A stretch of 64,000 bases of DNA from an uncultured Acidobacteriota bacterium (GTDB lineage Bacteria; Acidobacteriota; Terriglobia; UBA7540). The stretch lies in assembly GCA_963804995.1 (NCBI GenBank), contig CAWDSK010000002.1, positions 128,001 through 192,000 of the forward strand, written 5' to 3'. Shown here in pieces: positions 50,194 to 60,538 of this stretch. Below the pieces are notes generated by a model. It was not told the origin of the DNA. It saw only the letters and a program-made list of their open reading frames with translations, and searched no databases. How positions within the stretch are numbered: the stretch's first letter is position 1; each line of letters opens with the position of its first letter. The translations under genes and the position numbers were made by a program.

Positions 50194-51957
50194 ATGAAAG
50201 GCGCAAAGGACGCGCTGATAAGCCTGGTCTGCGTGATAGGGCTTCTTGCCGGCATGAAGGTGCAAGCCCAGAGCCAGCCGCCAGAGACCCCGGTCACCGC
50301 TCGCGAGCGGCTCCAGTGGTTTCAGCATGACAAGTTCGGGTTGTTCATTCACTTTGGTCCGTATTCTGTCCTGGCAGGCGAATGGCAGGGCCGCCAACTG
50401 CCGGTGGGCACCGAGGCCGAATGGATCATGCACCGGTTCAACATCCCGGTCAAAGACTACCGGGAGATGGCGCACCAACTGAATCCGGTAAAATTTAATG
50501 CTGACGACTGGGTAAGTTTGGCCAAGGCCGCGGGAATGAAGTACCTGGTGATCACGGCGAAACACCACGATGGCTTTGCCATGTATCACTCCCAGGTCAG
50601 TAAGTACAACATAGTCGACTGGACGCCGTTCAAGCGCGATCTGCTGAAGGAACTTGCCGACGCCTGCCGGAAGCAAGGCATCCGATTCTGCTTTTATTAT
50701 TCCCAACGTGAAGATTGGGACGACCCCGATGCCTTCGGGAACGATTGGGACTATGACCGCTCGAAGAAGAACCTGGATCGATACCTGGAATTGAAATCCA
50801 AGCCGCAACTGCGGGAATTGCTGACGAATTACGGCCCCGTCGGGCTCGTCTGGTTCGACCGTGGCCTCAACACGCGCCAACAGGCCGAAGACTTCGCGAG
50901 AATCGTCCGCGGCTTGCAACCTCGCTGCCTGATCAATGGCCGCCTGAATTACTACGATCAGGATTTGATCGGGGACTACCAGGATATGGGCGATAGTGGC
51001 ATGCCGGTGGGAGGAATAGAAGAGCCCTGGGAGACGCCGCACATCCTCAACAGCACTTGGGGTTATAGCAAGTTCGACCAGGAATGGAAGCCCCCCGCCG
51101 TGGTGATCCGGGATCTGGTGGAAACGGTCAGCAAGGGAGGCAATCTTCTGCTCAACGTTGGCCCCATGGCCGACGGCACCATGCCCGCGCCGGCCGTGGC
51201 CACGCTCCATAGCGTGGGGGCGTGGGTGCAACAAAACGGCGAAAGCATCTATGGCACGACAGTAAGCCCTTTACCCGAGTACCCCTGGGGGCGCACGACG
51301 GTGAAGGGCGAGAAAGTGTATCTGCACGTTTTCAGTTGGCCCGCGGATAACGTGCTGCGGGTTTCCCGCTTGGGGTCGAACCAGGTGAAGTCTGTATACC
51401 TGCTGGTCCGCCCCGCGGAGAAGTTGGCCATCAGCCATAGCTATGGAGTTGTCCTGGTGTCCCTGCCCGCCCGGATGCCGGATGTAAGCGACACGGTGGT
51501 GGTTCTGGAATTGGCCGGACCGCTCAAGGTGGATCCGCCTTTGGTGACGCAAGACAGCGATGACGACTTCCAATTGAGTTGCATGAATGGCGTCACGTCC
51601 GGAAAGGCGTGGAAGCGCTTTAATCGCAAAGGGGGCTTCTTCATTTCCAAGTGGACCAGCCCGGAAGACTCTGCCACCTGGCATCTAATGGTAAGCCAGA
51701 CGGGGAGCTACCGGGTGCGGATCAATTACGCGGCCCGCGCCGAGTGGCAAGGCGGCAAATACTCAGTGACGATAGGGACGCAATCGCTCACCGGAGTGGT
51801 GGAGCGAACCGGCGAGGATTTTGATTACAGGACGGCCGATCTCGGGACCATAACACTCCCCCAGGCGAGCCTCATAGTGGTCCAAATTCACCCGGCGGAA
51901 GCGTATGAACACGACCTGATGCAATTCCAATCCCTGGAGCTGAGTCGGGTCCAGTGA
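50194..51957 (+). CDS. Alpha-L-fucosidase (GH29) with a C-terminal beta-sandwich
   Basis: KFGLFIHFG, TAKHHDGF, VWFD and GGNLLLNVGP motifs; signal peptide. Confidence 0.92.
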   Translation: MKGAKDALISLVCVIGLLAGMKVQAQSQPPETPVTARERLQWFQHDKFGLFIHFGPYSVLAGEWQGRQLPVGTEAEWIMHRFNIPVKDYREMAHQLNPVKFNADDWVSLAKAAGMKYLVITAKHHDGFAMYHSQVSKYNIVDWTPFKRDLLKELADACRKQGIRFCFYYSQREDWDDPDAFGNDWDYDRSKKNLDRYLELKSKPQLRELLTNYGPVGLVWFDRGLNTRQQAEDFARIVRGLQPRCLINGRLNYYDQDLIGDYQDMGDSGMPVGGIEEPWETPHILNSTWGYSKFDQEWKPPAVVIRDLVETVSKGGNLLLNVGPMADGTMPAPAVATLHSVGAWVQQNGESIYGTTVSPLPEYPWGRTTVKGEKVYLHVFSWPADNVLRVSRLGSNQVKSVYLLVRPAEKLAISHSYGVVLVSLPARMPDVSDTVVVLELAGPLKVDPPLVTQDSDDDFQLSCMNGVTSGKAWKRFNRKGGFFISKWTSPEDSATWHLMVSQTGSYRVRINYAARAEWQGGKYSVTIGTQSLTGVVERTGEDFDYRTADLGTITLPQASLIVVQIHPAEAYEHDLMQFQSLELSRVQ

Positions 51958-52049
51958 AGCGAAGGGGTTGATGAGGGCATCTGATTCCCGGCAGCACCCC
52001 CGCGGGTTGCGCTTGGCCCGCCGGATGACTTGATAATCGCAACCGGTGA

Positions 52050-53342
52050 TTACCGAATTTCTTCCCGTGCGGCTTCATACATGGCCACGATGTTTTCCGG
52101 CGGCACGTTGGCCAGAATGTTGTGGACTTGTTGGAAGACGAACCCTCCGCCGGGCGCAAAGGTGCGGACGCGTTCGCGGACATGCTGCTTCACCGCAGCG
52201 GGTGCCTCAGACGCGAGCGCCGTCTGCGTATCACACCCCCCGCCCCAGAAGACCAGGTCGCGGCCAAAATCGGCTTTCAATCCTGCCGGGTCCATCCCTC
52301 GGCAGGAAGTCTGCACAGGATTTATAGCGTCAAGGCCGGCCTCGATGAGATCCGGAATCAGCTCGCGAACCCCGCCGCAGCAATGGAGCATCACTTTCAC
52401 ATTGGCTAGTTGCTTGGCGCGGTGCCAAAGCAGGCTGTGGCGAGGCTTGAAGAATTCGCAATACATCTTGCGCGACATGAACGGCCCGGTCTGCATCCCC
52501 AGGTTGTCGCCGAAGTTGATGACGTCAATGTAGCGGCCGACCGCTCCCAGAAAACGATCGAGGTTGGCGAGGTGAATTTCCACCACCCGGTCGAGAAAAT
52601 GGTGCGCCTGGGCGGGTTCGGCGGCGAGAAGCATCAGGAAGTTGTCATTGCGGTAAAGGAACTGGCCCATCTCGAAGAGATTTCCGCCGAACAAGCCGAT
52701 GATGGCGCGATCGGTGCTGGCCCGCAGCGCACGGGCGCCTTCCGCCAGTCGGCGTAGACCCTCGGGCCCATCGGCGAGCGGTCCCGGCGGGGCACGGCGC
52801 GCCGTCCACATGCACTCATTCATTGCCTCGGGAATCGTCTTCGGCCCACCCTCCTCGGCAAAGGGAAAATAGCATTGCTCGAAATAAAGCGCGCCGTCAG
52901 GCATGCGGGAGAGAACTTTTCCACTCTCCGAACGCATCACCCATTCGTTACCTCGACGCTCTGGCTGCGCCCATTCAAGCATCTGGCAGGGAGTCCCATC
53001 GGGCAAAACCCAGTCCGCCCACACGTCGTCAGCGAGCGCGAATCCCCGGCCGAGCTCGAGCGTGTCCACGCCAAACAAATCCAGCACATCCTTGTCCACG
53101 ATGGCAAGCTGCTGAACCGGGTCGTAAACACGCAGCGGCCTTTCGGGCAGTCGCAGATGCTTGCGCAGCTTGGCATAGGCAATCGCCGCGATTCCAGACG
53201 ATCGATGCCCGGAAAGGTCGATGGGAACCCGATCAGGTTCGCGATGATTGAGCGTCGCGAGCACGCGTTCCCGCGACGTCATCGGCGTGCTCCCTGCACT
53301 TGGTCTTGTTTCGACGGCACTCTGTGGCTTCTCGTTCCCCAT
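52050..53342 (-). CDS. Uroporphyrinogen decarboxylase/MtaA-like methyltransferase family protein
   Basis: TSRERV...EPDRVP, HCCG, NPVQ, FWGGGCD and GGGFVF...HNI motifs. Confidence 0.85.
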   Translation of the reverse strand: MGNEKPQSAVETRPSAGSTPMTSRERVLATLNHREPDRVPIDLSGHRSSGIAAIAYAKLRKHLRLPERPLRVYDPVQQLAIVDKDVLDLFGVDTLELGRGFALADDVWADWVLPDGTPCQMLEWAQPERRGNEWVMRSESGKVLSRMPDGALYFEQCYFPFAEEGGPKTIPEAMNECMWTARRAPPGPLADGPEGLRRLAEGARALRASTDRAIIGLFGGNLFEMGQFLYRNDNFLMLLAAEPAQAHHFLDRVVEIHLANLDRFLGAVGRYIDVINFGDNLGMQTGPFMSRKMYCEFFKPRHSLLWHRAKQLANVKVMLHCCGGVRELIPDLIEAGLDAINPVQTSCRGMDPAGLKADFGRDLVFWGGGCDTQTALASEAPAAVKQHVRERVRTFAPGGGFVFQQVHNILANVPPENIVAMYEAAREEIR

Positions 53343-53587
53343 GGCTCTACCTTCCAATTAATGTTGGCGAATGACCTGGGCAAGTCTAACGCAAGTCGGG
53401 GCGGTTCAATAGCCGCTAATTCGCGCGTGCGGGCAAGGTGTCTGGTGGGTGCACAAGTGGCGAAACCCGCTCCCAATCAATCGCGACGCCACGGCAACTT
53501 GCCGGCTTGCTCCCCTCTCACTGGTTCCGTCAAAGTTGCCAGTGTCGCATGCCACTAGGGCCGTGCATGTATCACCTTCGAAGAGAC

Positions 53588-53655
53588 CCCTCACCCGTCC
53601 CGCGCCGGCTGGTGAAAGCGCCGGCCGCGGTCCACCCTCTCCCCCCGGAGAGGGT
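53588..53655. repeat. CCCCTCACCC...CCCTCTCCC REP-like unit
   Basis: Ends in hairpin CCCTCTCC-CCC-GGAGAGGG; homologous to the 44668 element. Confidence 0.75.
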
Positions 53656-53768
53656 TAGAAATCAGAATCACCGCTCACTCCCCTCGCCCACAAAGCCTTG
53701 AGCAACTCGCAATCCCGATGCTATGCTGCATGATTCAATACCAACGCACTTGTTTCCGGAGAGACGCC

Positions 53769-54755
53769 ATGCGTTTGCGCAAGCTCGGCAATAGTCCGCT
53801 GATGGTCTCGGCCCTGGGGTTGGGCTGCATGAGCATGTCTGATTACTATGGCCCCCGCCACGATGAGGAATCGCTCGCGACGATTCATCGCGCCCTGGAC
53901 CTGGATATCAATTTTTTGGACACGGCGGAAGTTTATGGCGGCGGTGACAATGAAATACTCGTCGGCAACGCCATCCGAGGCCGCCGCAACCAGGTTGTCT
54001 TGGCGACGAAGTTCGGCATGCCGCGCGATGCCGAAGGCCGCCCTTTGGGAATCAGCGGCCGCCCTGAATACGTCCGTCGAGCGTGCGAAGGCAGCCTGCG
54101 GCGGTTGCAGGTTGAAACCATCGACCTTTACTATCAGCACCGTGTGGATCGCACCGTGCCCATTGAGGAAACCGTGGGTGCCATGTCGCGCCTGGTAGAA
54201 GAGGGCAAGGTTCGTTTTCTGGGACTCTCTGAGGCCGCCCCCGCGACGATCCGGCGTGCGCACAAGACCCATCCGATTTCGGCGTTGCAGACGGAATACT
54301 CGCTCTGGAGCCGCGACCCCGAGGAAGAAATCCTTCCCGTGTGCCACGAATTGGGTCTCAGTTTCGTCGCTTATAGCCCGCTGGGCCGCGGGTTCCTTGC
54401 GGGCCGGTTCACGAGCCTGGAAGATCTGGCGCCGGATGACTGGCGGCGTAACAATCCGCGGTTTCAGGGTGAGAATCTTGAACGGAATCTGGAACTCGTC
54501 CGGCGCATCGAGCAGATCGCCACTGCGAAGGGTTGTAAGGCGTCGCAACTGGCGCTGGCCTGGGTCATGGCGCAGGGCGAAGAGATCATTCCCATTCCGG
54601 GGACCACGCGGCGCGCGCACCTGGAAGAAAACCTGGCGGCGCTCGAAATTACGCTGACCGCCGAAGACCTGCAGCGCCTGAACGAGGTGGTCCCCAAAGG
54701 GGCGGCGGCGGGGGAACGTTACCCCGAAGCAGGGATGAAAGTTGTCAACGGGTGA
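53769..54755 (+). CDS. Aldo/keto reductase
   Basis: [36 protein letters not shown] and PIPGT motifs. Confidence 0.95.
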   Translation: MRLRKLGNSPLMVSALGLGCMSMSDYYGPRHDEESLATIHRALDLDINFLDTAEVYGGGDNEILVGNAIRGRRNQVVLATKFGMPRDAEGRPLGISGRPEYVRRACEGSLRRLQVETIDLYYQHRVDRTVPIEETVGAMSRLVEEGKVRFLGLSEAAPATIRRAHKTHPISALQTEYSLWSRDPEEEILPVCHELGLSFVAYSPLGRGFLAGRFTSLEDLAPDDWRRNNPRFQGENLERNLELVRRIEQIATAKGCKASQLALAWVMAQGEEIIPIPGTTRRAHLEENLAALEITLTAEDLQRLNEVVPKGAAAGERYPEAGMKVVNG

Positions 54756-54898
54756 GGTGGCCGCTTCGATCCGTTGGCGCTCCGAAAATCTGGACAACCA
54801 CAGCGGTGTGATACGATCTTTTCTTCGGGGTCTGCGCAAAATCCATACGACAGAATTCAGGGTCTTCTCAGCACGCAGAGTTTTGTTGAGGGGCAACG

Positions 54899-56305
54899 AT
54901 GGCGGATTATGACTTCGATATGCTGGTAATCGGATCGGGACCGGCTGGGCAGCGGGCGGCGATCCAGTCAGCGAAGCTTGGCAAGCGGACGGCCCTGCTC
55001 GAGCGCAAAGCCGTTATCGGCGGCGTTTGCATCAACACGGGGACCATTCCCAGTAAGACTCTGCGCGAAGCAGTGCTCTACCTTTCCGGCTATCGCCTGC
55101 GGAGCATTTACGGAGACTCCTATACCCTCAAACAGAATATAACGATTGAAGACCTTCTCTTCCGCACCGAGTATGTCATCCGCCACGAAATTGATGTCAC
55201 GCGCCACCAATTGCAGCGTAACGGCGTGGAGATGATCAACGCTGAGGCGGCCTTTGTGGATCCCCACACCCTGCGCCTGTCGATGGTGGATCGCTCCGGC
55301 GAGCGTACCGTGACCGCTGCCAATGTGATTATCGCCGCCGGGACTGAGGCCACGCGCGACCCCAAGATTCCCTTCGACGGCCAGAACATCTTTGTCAGTG
55401 ACGACATCCTGGGCATCAAGAAATTGCCCCGCACGCTGGCCGTGATCGGCGCCGGAGTGATCGGCTGCGAATACGCCAGCATCTTCGCGACGCTGGGCAT
55501 TCGCGTCACTCTGATCGATCGGCAGCATCGGCTTCTACCCTTCGTGGATGCCGAGATTGTTGAGGCACTCAACTACCATTTGCGGCAGAGCCGCATGACG
55601 CTGCGCTTCGGCGAAGCCGTAAGCGGAATCGAGTTGGCCCCGAATGGCTCGGACTCACGAGTAAAAATCCACCTGGCAAGTGGCAAGGAAATTGTGGCTG
55701 AAAAGGCCTTGTACAGCATTGGCCGCACCGGCGCCACGAGCAGGTTGAATCTGGAGGCGGCAGGACTTAAAGCTGACGAACGCGGCCGCCTGAAAGTGAA
55801 TGAGGATTACCAGACCGAGGTCCCGCACGTCTACGCGGCGGGCGACGTGATCGGCTTCCCCAGCCTCGCCTCAACTTCGCTTGAGCAGGGCCGCTTGGCC
55901 GCCTGCCACGCCTTCGGAGTGGAAGGCAAGAGCACTCCCGCACTTTTCCCCTACGGGATCTACACGATCCCGGAAATCTCTTACGTCGGAAAGAACGAGG
56001 AAGAGTTGACGCAGGCGAACGTCCCGTATGAAGTGGGGAAGGCCAGCTATCGCGAAATTGCTCGCGGTCAGATCATTGGCGACAGTATCGGGATGCTGAA
56101 GCTTCTCTTCCACCGCGAGACGCGTGAATTGCTGGGCGTGCATATCATCGGCGAAAGCGCCAGCGAGCTTATCCACATCGGGCAGGCGGTGCTGGCTTTT
56201 GGCGGAAAGATCGACTACTTCGTAAATACCGTCTTCAATTTTCCCACCCTCGCCGAATGCTACAAGAACGCCGCCTTCGACGGCGTTAACCGGTTGAACG
56301 GGTGA
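54899..56305 (+). CDS. sthA: Soluble (Si-specific) NAD(P)+ transhydrogenase
   Basis: GSGPAG, GGVCINTGTIPSK, GDVIGFPSLAS, GIYTIPEIS and FNFPTLAECYK motifs. Confidence 0.93.
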   Translation: MADYDFDMLVIGSGPAGQRAAIQSAKLGKRTALLERKAVIGGVCINTGTIPSKTLREAVLYLSGYRLRSIYGDSYTLKQNITIEDLLFRTEYVIRHEIDVTRHQLQRNGVEMINAEAAFVDPHTLRLSMVDRSGERTVTAANVIIAAGTEATRDPKIPFDGQNIFVSDDILGIKKLPRTLAVIGAGVIGCEYASIFATLGIRVTLIDRQHRLLPFVDAEIVEALNYHLRQSRMTLRFGEAVSGIELAPNGSDSRVKIHLASGKEIVAEKALYSIGRTGATSRLNLEAAGLKADERGRLKVNEDYQTEVPHVYAAGDVIGFPSLASTSLEQGRLAACHAFGVEGKSTPALFPYGIYTIPEISYVGKNEEELTQANVPYEVGKASYREIARGQIIGDSIGMLKLLFHRETRELLGVHIIGESASELIHIGQAVLAFGGKIDYFVNTVFNFPTLAECYKNAAFDGVNRLNG

Positions 56306-56429
56306 GCAGTGACAAAGCCGTGCTAATGAATCGCCACCCGGTGTGTGCGTCCCCTGCGTATGGCCTTTGCTCTCTCTTCTTGAGTTTCTCTTTTGAATGA
56401 AATATAGTTGAAATATATGGAGGATTGAG

Positions 56430-56726
56430 ATGGCGACGCCGACGACGGTGTATATCAATCCGCAACAGCGAAAGCGGCTTTTTCAGCGCGCCAGACGGCG
56501 AAGGACAAGTTTCTCAGAGGAACTGCGTACTGCCTTGGACTTCTATCTGGACCTACCGCCGGACTTTGACCAGCAGGCTTTCGGCACGCTTGTGCAGGAA
56601 GCGCACGCATCCCTGGAGCGCAGTATGATGAGGCTGGACGCCATGTCGGACCGAGTGAGGACGACGGGAAGAAAACTCGACGAAATCGACCAAAGACTCG
56701 ATGAGCTTACCCAAAACCGTATATGA
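56430..56726 (+). CDS. Putative ribbon-helix-helix protein with a coiled-coil tail
   Basis: GGAGG RBS; TTVYI...L...ARRRRTSFSEELRTALDFYL pattern. Confidence 0.65.
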   Translation: MATPTTVYINPQQRKRLFQRARRRRTSFSEELRTALDFYLDLPPDFDQQAFGTLVQEAHASLERSMMRLDAMSDRVRTTGRKLDEIDQRLDELTQNRI

Positions 56727-56940
56727 CGTGCTCAAGGCAGTAATGACGACCGAAACCAGGCTTGCGCACCTCGACGAGCAGTTGGCGGGTTTGAGCGACA
56801 AGGTTGAGGCGAACGCTTCCCGGTTTGCTGCTGTGATGGAGAACCATGCCGAACGCCTTGCCCGCCTGGAGGGAAAATTCGAACTCCTCGAAAACACCTT
56901 CTCCGCTCGCCGTCGCAGGCTTCCTCAAAAATCGTCCTAA
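56701..56940 (+). CDS. Small coiled-coil hypothetical protein
   Basis: Overlaps the upstream gene; heptad pattern ERLARLEGKFELLE. Confidence 0.6.
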   Translation: MSLPKTVYDVLKAVMTTETRLAHLDEQLAGLSDKVEANASRFAAVMENHAERLARLEGKFELLENTFSARRRRLPQKSS

Positions 56941-57065
56941 AGCCTAACTTGGACAGCGTGTTATGCCCCCTCCCAAGGTGTTTCCTGATGATTCCATCGA
57001 CCGAAGCGACATCCTGCTTTCCGTTGGAGGTTAATGCCACACGTACTTGGGCGCAGCCGGTCTCA

Positions 57066-57389
57066 TTACTTACCGAAGACCTCTTCCATCGTGTGAAGCT
57101 TACCGGCCCGGACATGAGCATCAATCCGCTTCGCGAGTTTGCGAAGGCGCGTGGTGAGCTGGCGGTCGGCAAGGATTTCCAGGGTGGCTAAGACCGACTC
57201 ACGCTCGCGCATCCCGATCGCGGCGTGGTCTTTTCCCTCCAGGTGAAGCTCTACCGCCTCGCGCAAGTTGCGCGTGACTTCATCGAGGGTTTTCCCCTGC
57301 GTCACCACTGGAATCTCCAGACACTCGGCGACGTAACCAGATTGGTCGCCTCGACGGATTACGACTTTAATCGTGCGCTGTAGAGCCAT
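57066..57389 (-). CDS. HicB-like antitoxin with a Phd/YefM-like C-terminus (chimera)
   Basis: GGAGG RBS; GYVAECLEIPVVTQGKTLDEV..NLREAVELHLE followed by ESVLATLEILAD...GKLHTMEEVF. Confidence 0.75.
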   Translation of the reverse strand: MALQRTIKVVIRRGDQSGYVAECLEIPVVTQGKTLDEVTRNLREAVELHLEGKDHAAIGMRERESVLATLEILADRQLTTRLRKLAKRIDAHVRAGKLHTMEEVFGK

Positions 57390-57489
57390 CAGGTTGACCT
57401 CCGCTCGTGTCGGGCTCACAGTCCGTGTCAACAGATTGATTTTTCCGCAATCCTTACACGGCGGCCTGAGAAGACCCGCGCCAGCGCGG

Positions 57490-58296
57490 CTACTGTTTGT
57501 TAAGTTCTGGTTCTCGGCCCGTTTTCTGTCGTGTACGCGCTAGTGCGTACAACTCAGCCGCAGCGACGATCCCCATCTTTCTGAGGTCTCGCGGCTTTCG
57601 CTCTCTTTTTGCTGTTACACATGGAACCGGCGCCCAGGCAAAAAAGAAATCCTTCCTTGGGTTGAGTTGGCTATATCGTTTACCTTGGGCCAATTTCTTG
57701 AAAAATCTCATAGCTGCACTGTGGTGCGACCCATCTTCGAGGCCCAGAACAAATTGTGCGAGCCGGGTTTTCAGCCCCGCATGGTTACTCATACCAATGT
57801 AGAATATATCTCTCTCGTCTAAGCGCCTGCCTCCAAGATTCTCGTCGGAGTATGCGATGGCGTAGATGCCTGGGTATTCGCCGCCCTCGCGAGCGCTAAT
57901 CTCCAAGTGCTCGGGATCAAGCTTCGTCCATTTCCGCGAGAAGAGGCGGGATAAGACTTCGCCGACCGTGGGGATGGGGCCATTGAGTTCTGCCTTCGAT
58001 CGGTCGGGCCGTGGGGGAGCGTCACCGACACAGAAACCCAACTGACGAAAGACTTCGTTTGTGAACCTGCCGCCGGAAAATGTGCTTGTGGACTGTCCAA
58101 TTGCCAAGCCCAGAACACGCTTCGGCGGGTATATCTGGCCGTCATGAATCACTGCAAATTTCGTCCCGGCGATCGGCTCTTTCACTCTATACTTCCTATC
58201 GAATTCTTTCATTGCCAAAAGGATTCTGGATCGGTCCACACGGAAGGTATCGTGATGTAACTTCAGAATTACGAAACCGGTTGTCCGGCGCTTCAT
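57490..58296 (-). CDS. Putative GIY-YIG nuclease with an N-terminal McrA-head-like domain
   Basis: GIYAI...FYIGMS...LKTRL...E...PELN; N-terminal HDGQIYPPK...FSGG...LGF; GGAGG RBS; lower GC. Confidence 0.65.
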   Translation of the reverse strand: MKRRTTGFVILKLHHDTFRVDRSRILLAMKEFDRKYRVKEPIAGTKFAVIHDGQIYPPKRVLGLAIGQSTSTFSGGRFTNEVFRQLGFCVGDAPPRPDRSKAELNGPIPTVGEVLSRLFSRKWTKLDPEHLEISAREGGEYPGIYAIAYSDENLGGRRLDERDIFYIGMSNHAGLKTRLAQFVLGLEDGSHHSAAMRFFKKLAQGKRYSQLNPRKDFFFAWAPVPCVTAKRERKPRDLRKMGIVAAAELYALARTRQKTGREPELNKQ

Positions 58297-58378
58297 CGTT
58301 CCCTCCTAGCGGCGGTTGAGCACTTTATGTCTTCGCTTTCCATTGCTCTCCGAGCGGGGCTTCCTACTCCGTAGTCCC

Positions 58379-59549
58379 CTACTTATACGCCGGCATGCCG
58401 GTCACGTGCTCGCCGATGATCAGCGTGTGGATATTGTGCGTGCCTTCGTAGGTGAACACCGATTCCAGATTGCACATGTGGCGGAAGATCGGGTATTCAT
58501 CCGCGACGCCGTTCGCGCCCAGGATGTCGCGGGCAGCGCGGGCCACGTTCGAGCGCTATCTTCACGTTGTTGCGCTTCACCATGGAGATGTGGGCAAAGT
58601 CAGCACGACCCAGGTCTTTCACGCGTCCCACCTGAAGTGCCAGCAACTGAGCCTTGGTGATCTCCGTGATCATGTCGGCGAATTTCGCTTGCACAAGCTG
58701 GTGGGTGGCGATGGGCTTGTTGTCAAACTGCTTGCGCACCTTGGCGTATTCCAGCGCCTCGTTGTAGCAGGCCATCGCCGCGCCGATTGCGCCCCAGCCA
58801 ATGCCGTAGCGGGCCTGGGTCAGGCAGCTCAGTGGACCTTTCAATCCCCGTGTCTGGGGAAGCATGTTACTTTCCGGCACACGAACATCCTGAAGTGAGA
58901 GTGTGGACGTCACAGACGCGCGGAGCGACCACTTCCCTTTGATATCCTTTGCTGTGTAGCCCGGCGTGCCTTTCTCCACCAGGAATCCGCGAATCCCTTC
59001 GTCAGTCCGCGCCCACACCAACGCCACATCGGCAATGGTACCGGAGGTAATCCACGCCTTCTCGCCGTTCAGGATATAGTCACTCCCATCCTTCACGGCG
59101 CGCGCACGCATGCCGGCGGGATTGGATCCGAAATCAGGCTCCGTCAATCCAAAGCAACCGATGGCCTTGCCCTGTTGCAGCGCAGGCAACCAGCGATTTT
59201 TCTGCTCCTCGGACCCATACTGGTGGATGGGGTACATCACCAGCGCCCCCTGGACGCTCACGAAGCTGCGCAGTCCGCTGTCGCCACGCTCCAGCTCCTG
59301 CATGATCAGCCCATACTGCACGTTGGACAGGCCCGCGCAGCCGTACCCTTCAAGGTTGGCGCCATAAAAACCCAAATCGGCCATGACCGGTACCAGGTGC
59401 AGAGGAAACTTGCCCTCGCGGTTCCATGCTTCGACATGAGGAATGATTTCTCGCTCGACGAACTCGCGCACGGTCTGGCGCACCAACTTTTCCTCGTCGT
59501 TCAACAGGGAATCGATTTCCAGGTAGTCAACGCCATGAAAAGCAAACAT
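58379..59549 (-). CDS. Acyl-CoA dehydrogenase, glutaryl-CoA dehydrogenase-like (apparent frameshift near 58545)
   Basis: [38 protein letters not shown] and TYEGTH motifs. Confidence 0.9.
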
Positions 59550-59572
59550 ACGGCCTCCTTAATTTCCCGGTG

Positions 59573-60232
59573 TCAGGCGCCGGACATCTCACTCAAAGGC
59601 CCACGCATTTTTGCGAGGGCCTGGTCGATCTGCACGAGGGAGTCCTCCATGGCTCCCTCGGTCGTATCCACTACCAGGTCCGCGTGCGCTTTGGTTGGCT
59701 CAATATGGAGGCGATGCATGGGCCGGATGCTATTCCGGTATTGTGTGACGGTGGAATCGAGCGTCCGGCCGCGCTCGCGCACATCTCTCAGCAAACGGCG
59801 CAGCAGGCGGATGTCCGCGTCGGCATCAACGTAGATCTTCAGGCCCATCAGCGCGCGCAGCCGCTCGTCGCACAGCGCCATAAGCCCCTCAATGATCACC
59901 AAGGGAGCGGGACGAACCTCCACGATTTCCGCAGTTCGCGTGTGGGTTACAAAACAATAGTGAGGTTTGGGGATGGGCCGACCAGCGACGAGCCGCTCGA
60001 CATGGTGCACGAGCAAATCATAATCCAAGGCAGCGGGCTCGTCATAGTTGGTAAGAACACGCTCCTCAAAGCTGAGGTGCGCCTGGTCCTTGTAGTAAGA
60101 GTCCTGGTCCAGGATGACTGTGCCCAGGCTGGAGTATCGCGCGGCCAGCCGTTCGGCAAGAGTTGTCTTGCCCGTTCCTGTTCCACCTCCTATCCCGATA
60201 ATGAAAGGGCGGCGCGTAGAGAGAGAGGACAT
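59573..60232 (-). CDS. udk: Uridine kinase
   Basis: GGTGTGKTT, QDSYY, NYDEP, IRLLRRLLRD and RPMH motifs. Confidence 0.92.
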   Translation of the reverse strand: MSSLSTRRPFIIGIGGGTGTGKTTLAERLAARYSSLGTVILDQDSYYKDQAHLSFEERVLTNYDEPAALDYDLLVHHVERLVAGRPIPKPHYCFVTHTRTAEIVEVRPAPLVIIEGLMALCDERLRALMGLKIYVDADADIRLLRRLLRDVRERGRTLDSTVTQYRNSIRPMHRLHIEPTKAHADLVVDTTEGAMEDSLVQIDQALAKMRGPLSEMSGA

Positions 60233-60355
60233 GGTGATGAGGCAAGACTCGGGTTCGCGGAGGCTGCGGTCGCGGCCCGCCTCCAGCTTACCTGAAGGTC
60301 AGCAAGCCAGCATTCTAGTGGGCGGCAAGGGGTGGGTCAAGGAAGCTGCCCGGCG

Positions 60356-60444
60356 GGTAGTGTTTCAGTTTGATGATGTAGCGGCGAGTTCACCTCGCCA
60401 AATGGCGGCGTAAAGCCGCCTCTACCGCAAACTGCAACACTACC
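60356..60444. repeat. REPIN-like element, copy 3 (no micro-insert)
   Basis: GGTAGTG..CAGTTTG / CAAACTG..CACTACC outer arms around a GTAG...CTAC double hairpin. Confidence 0.9.
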
Positions 60445-60538
60445 AACTGGCGTCCCCTTTGCAGAACGGGGGGAGGTAGCCAGGCCGCCCCACGGTGATT
60501 TTGGAATCGTGCCGTGCCAGCATATAATCAAAATCCTT

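Noticed and set aside
57453..58395. Possible duplicated 3' end of the acyl-CoA dehydrogenase gene flanking the nuclease gene (CTTACACGGCGGC versus CTTATACGCCGGC)
   Set aside because: An 11/13 match is too short to separate from chance.
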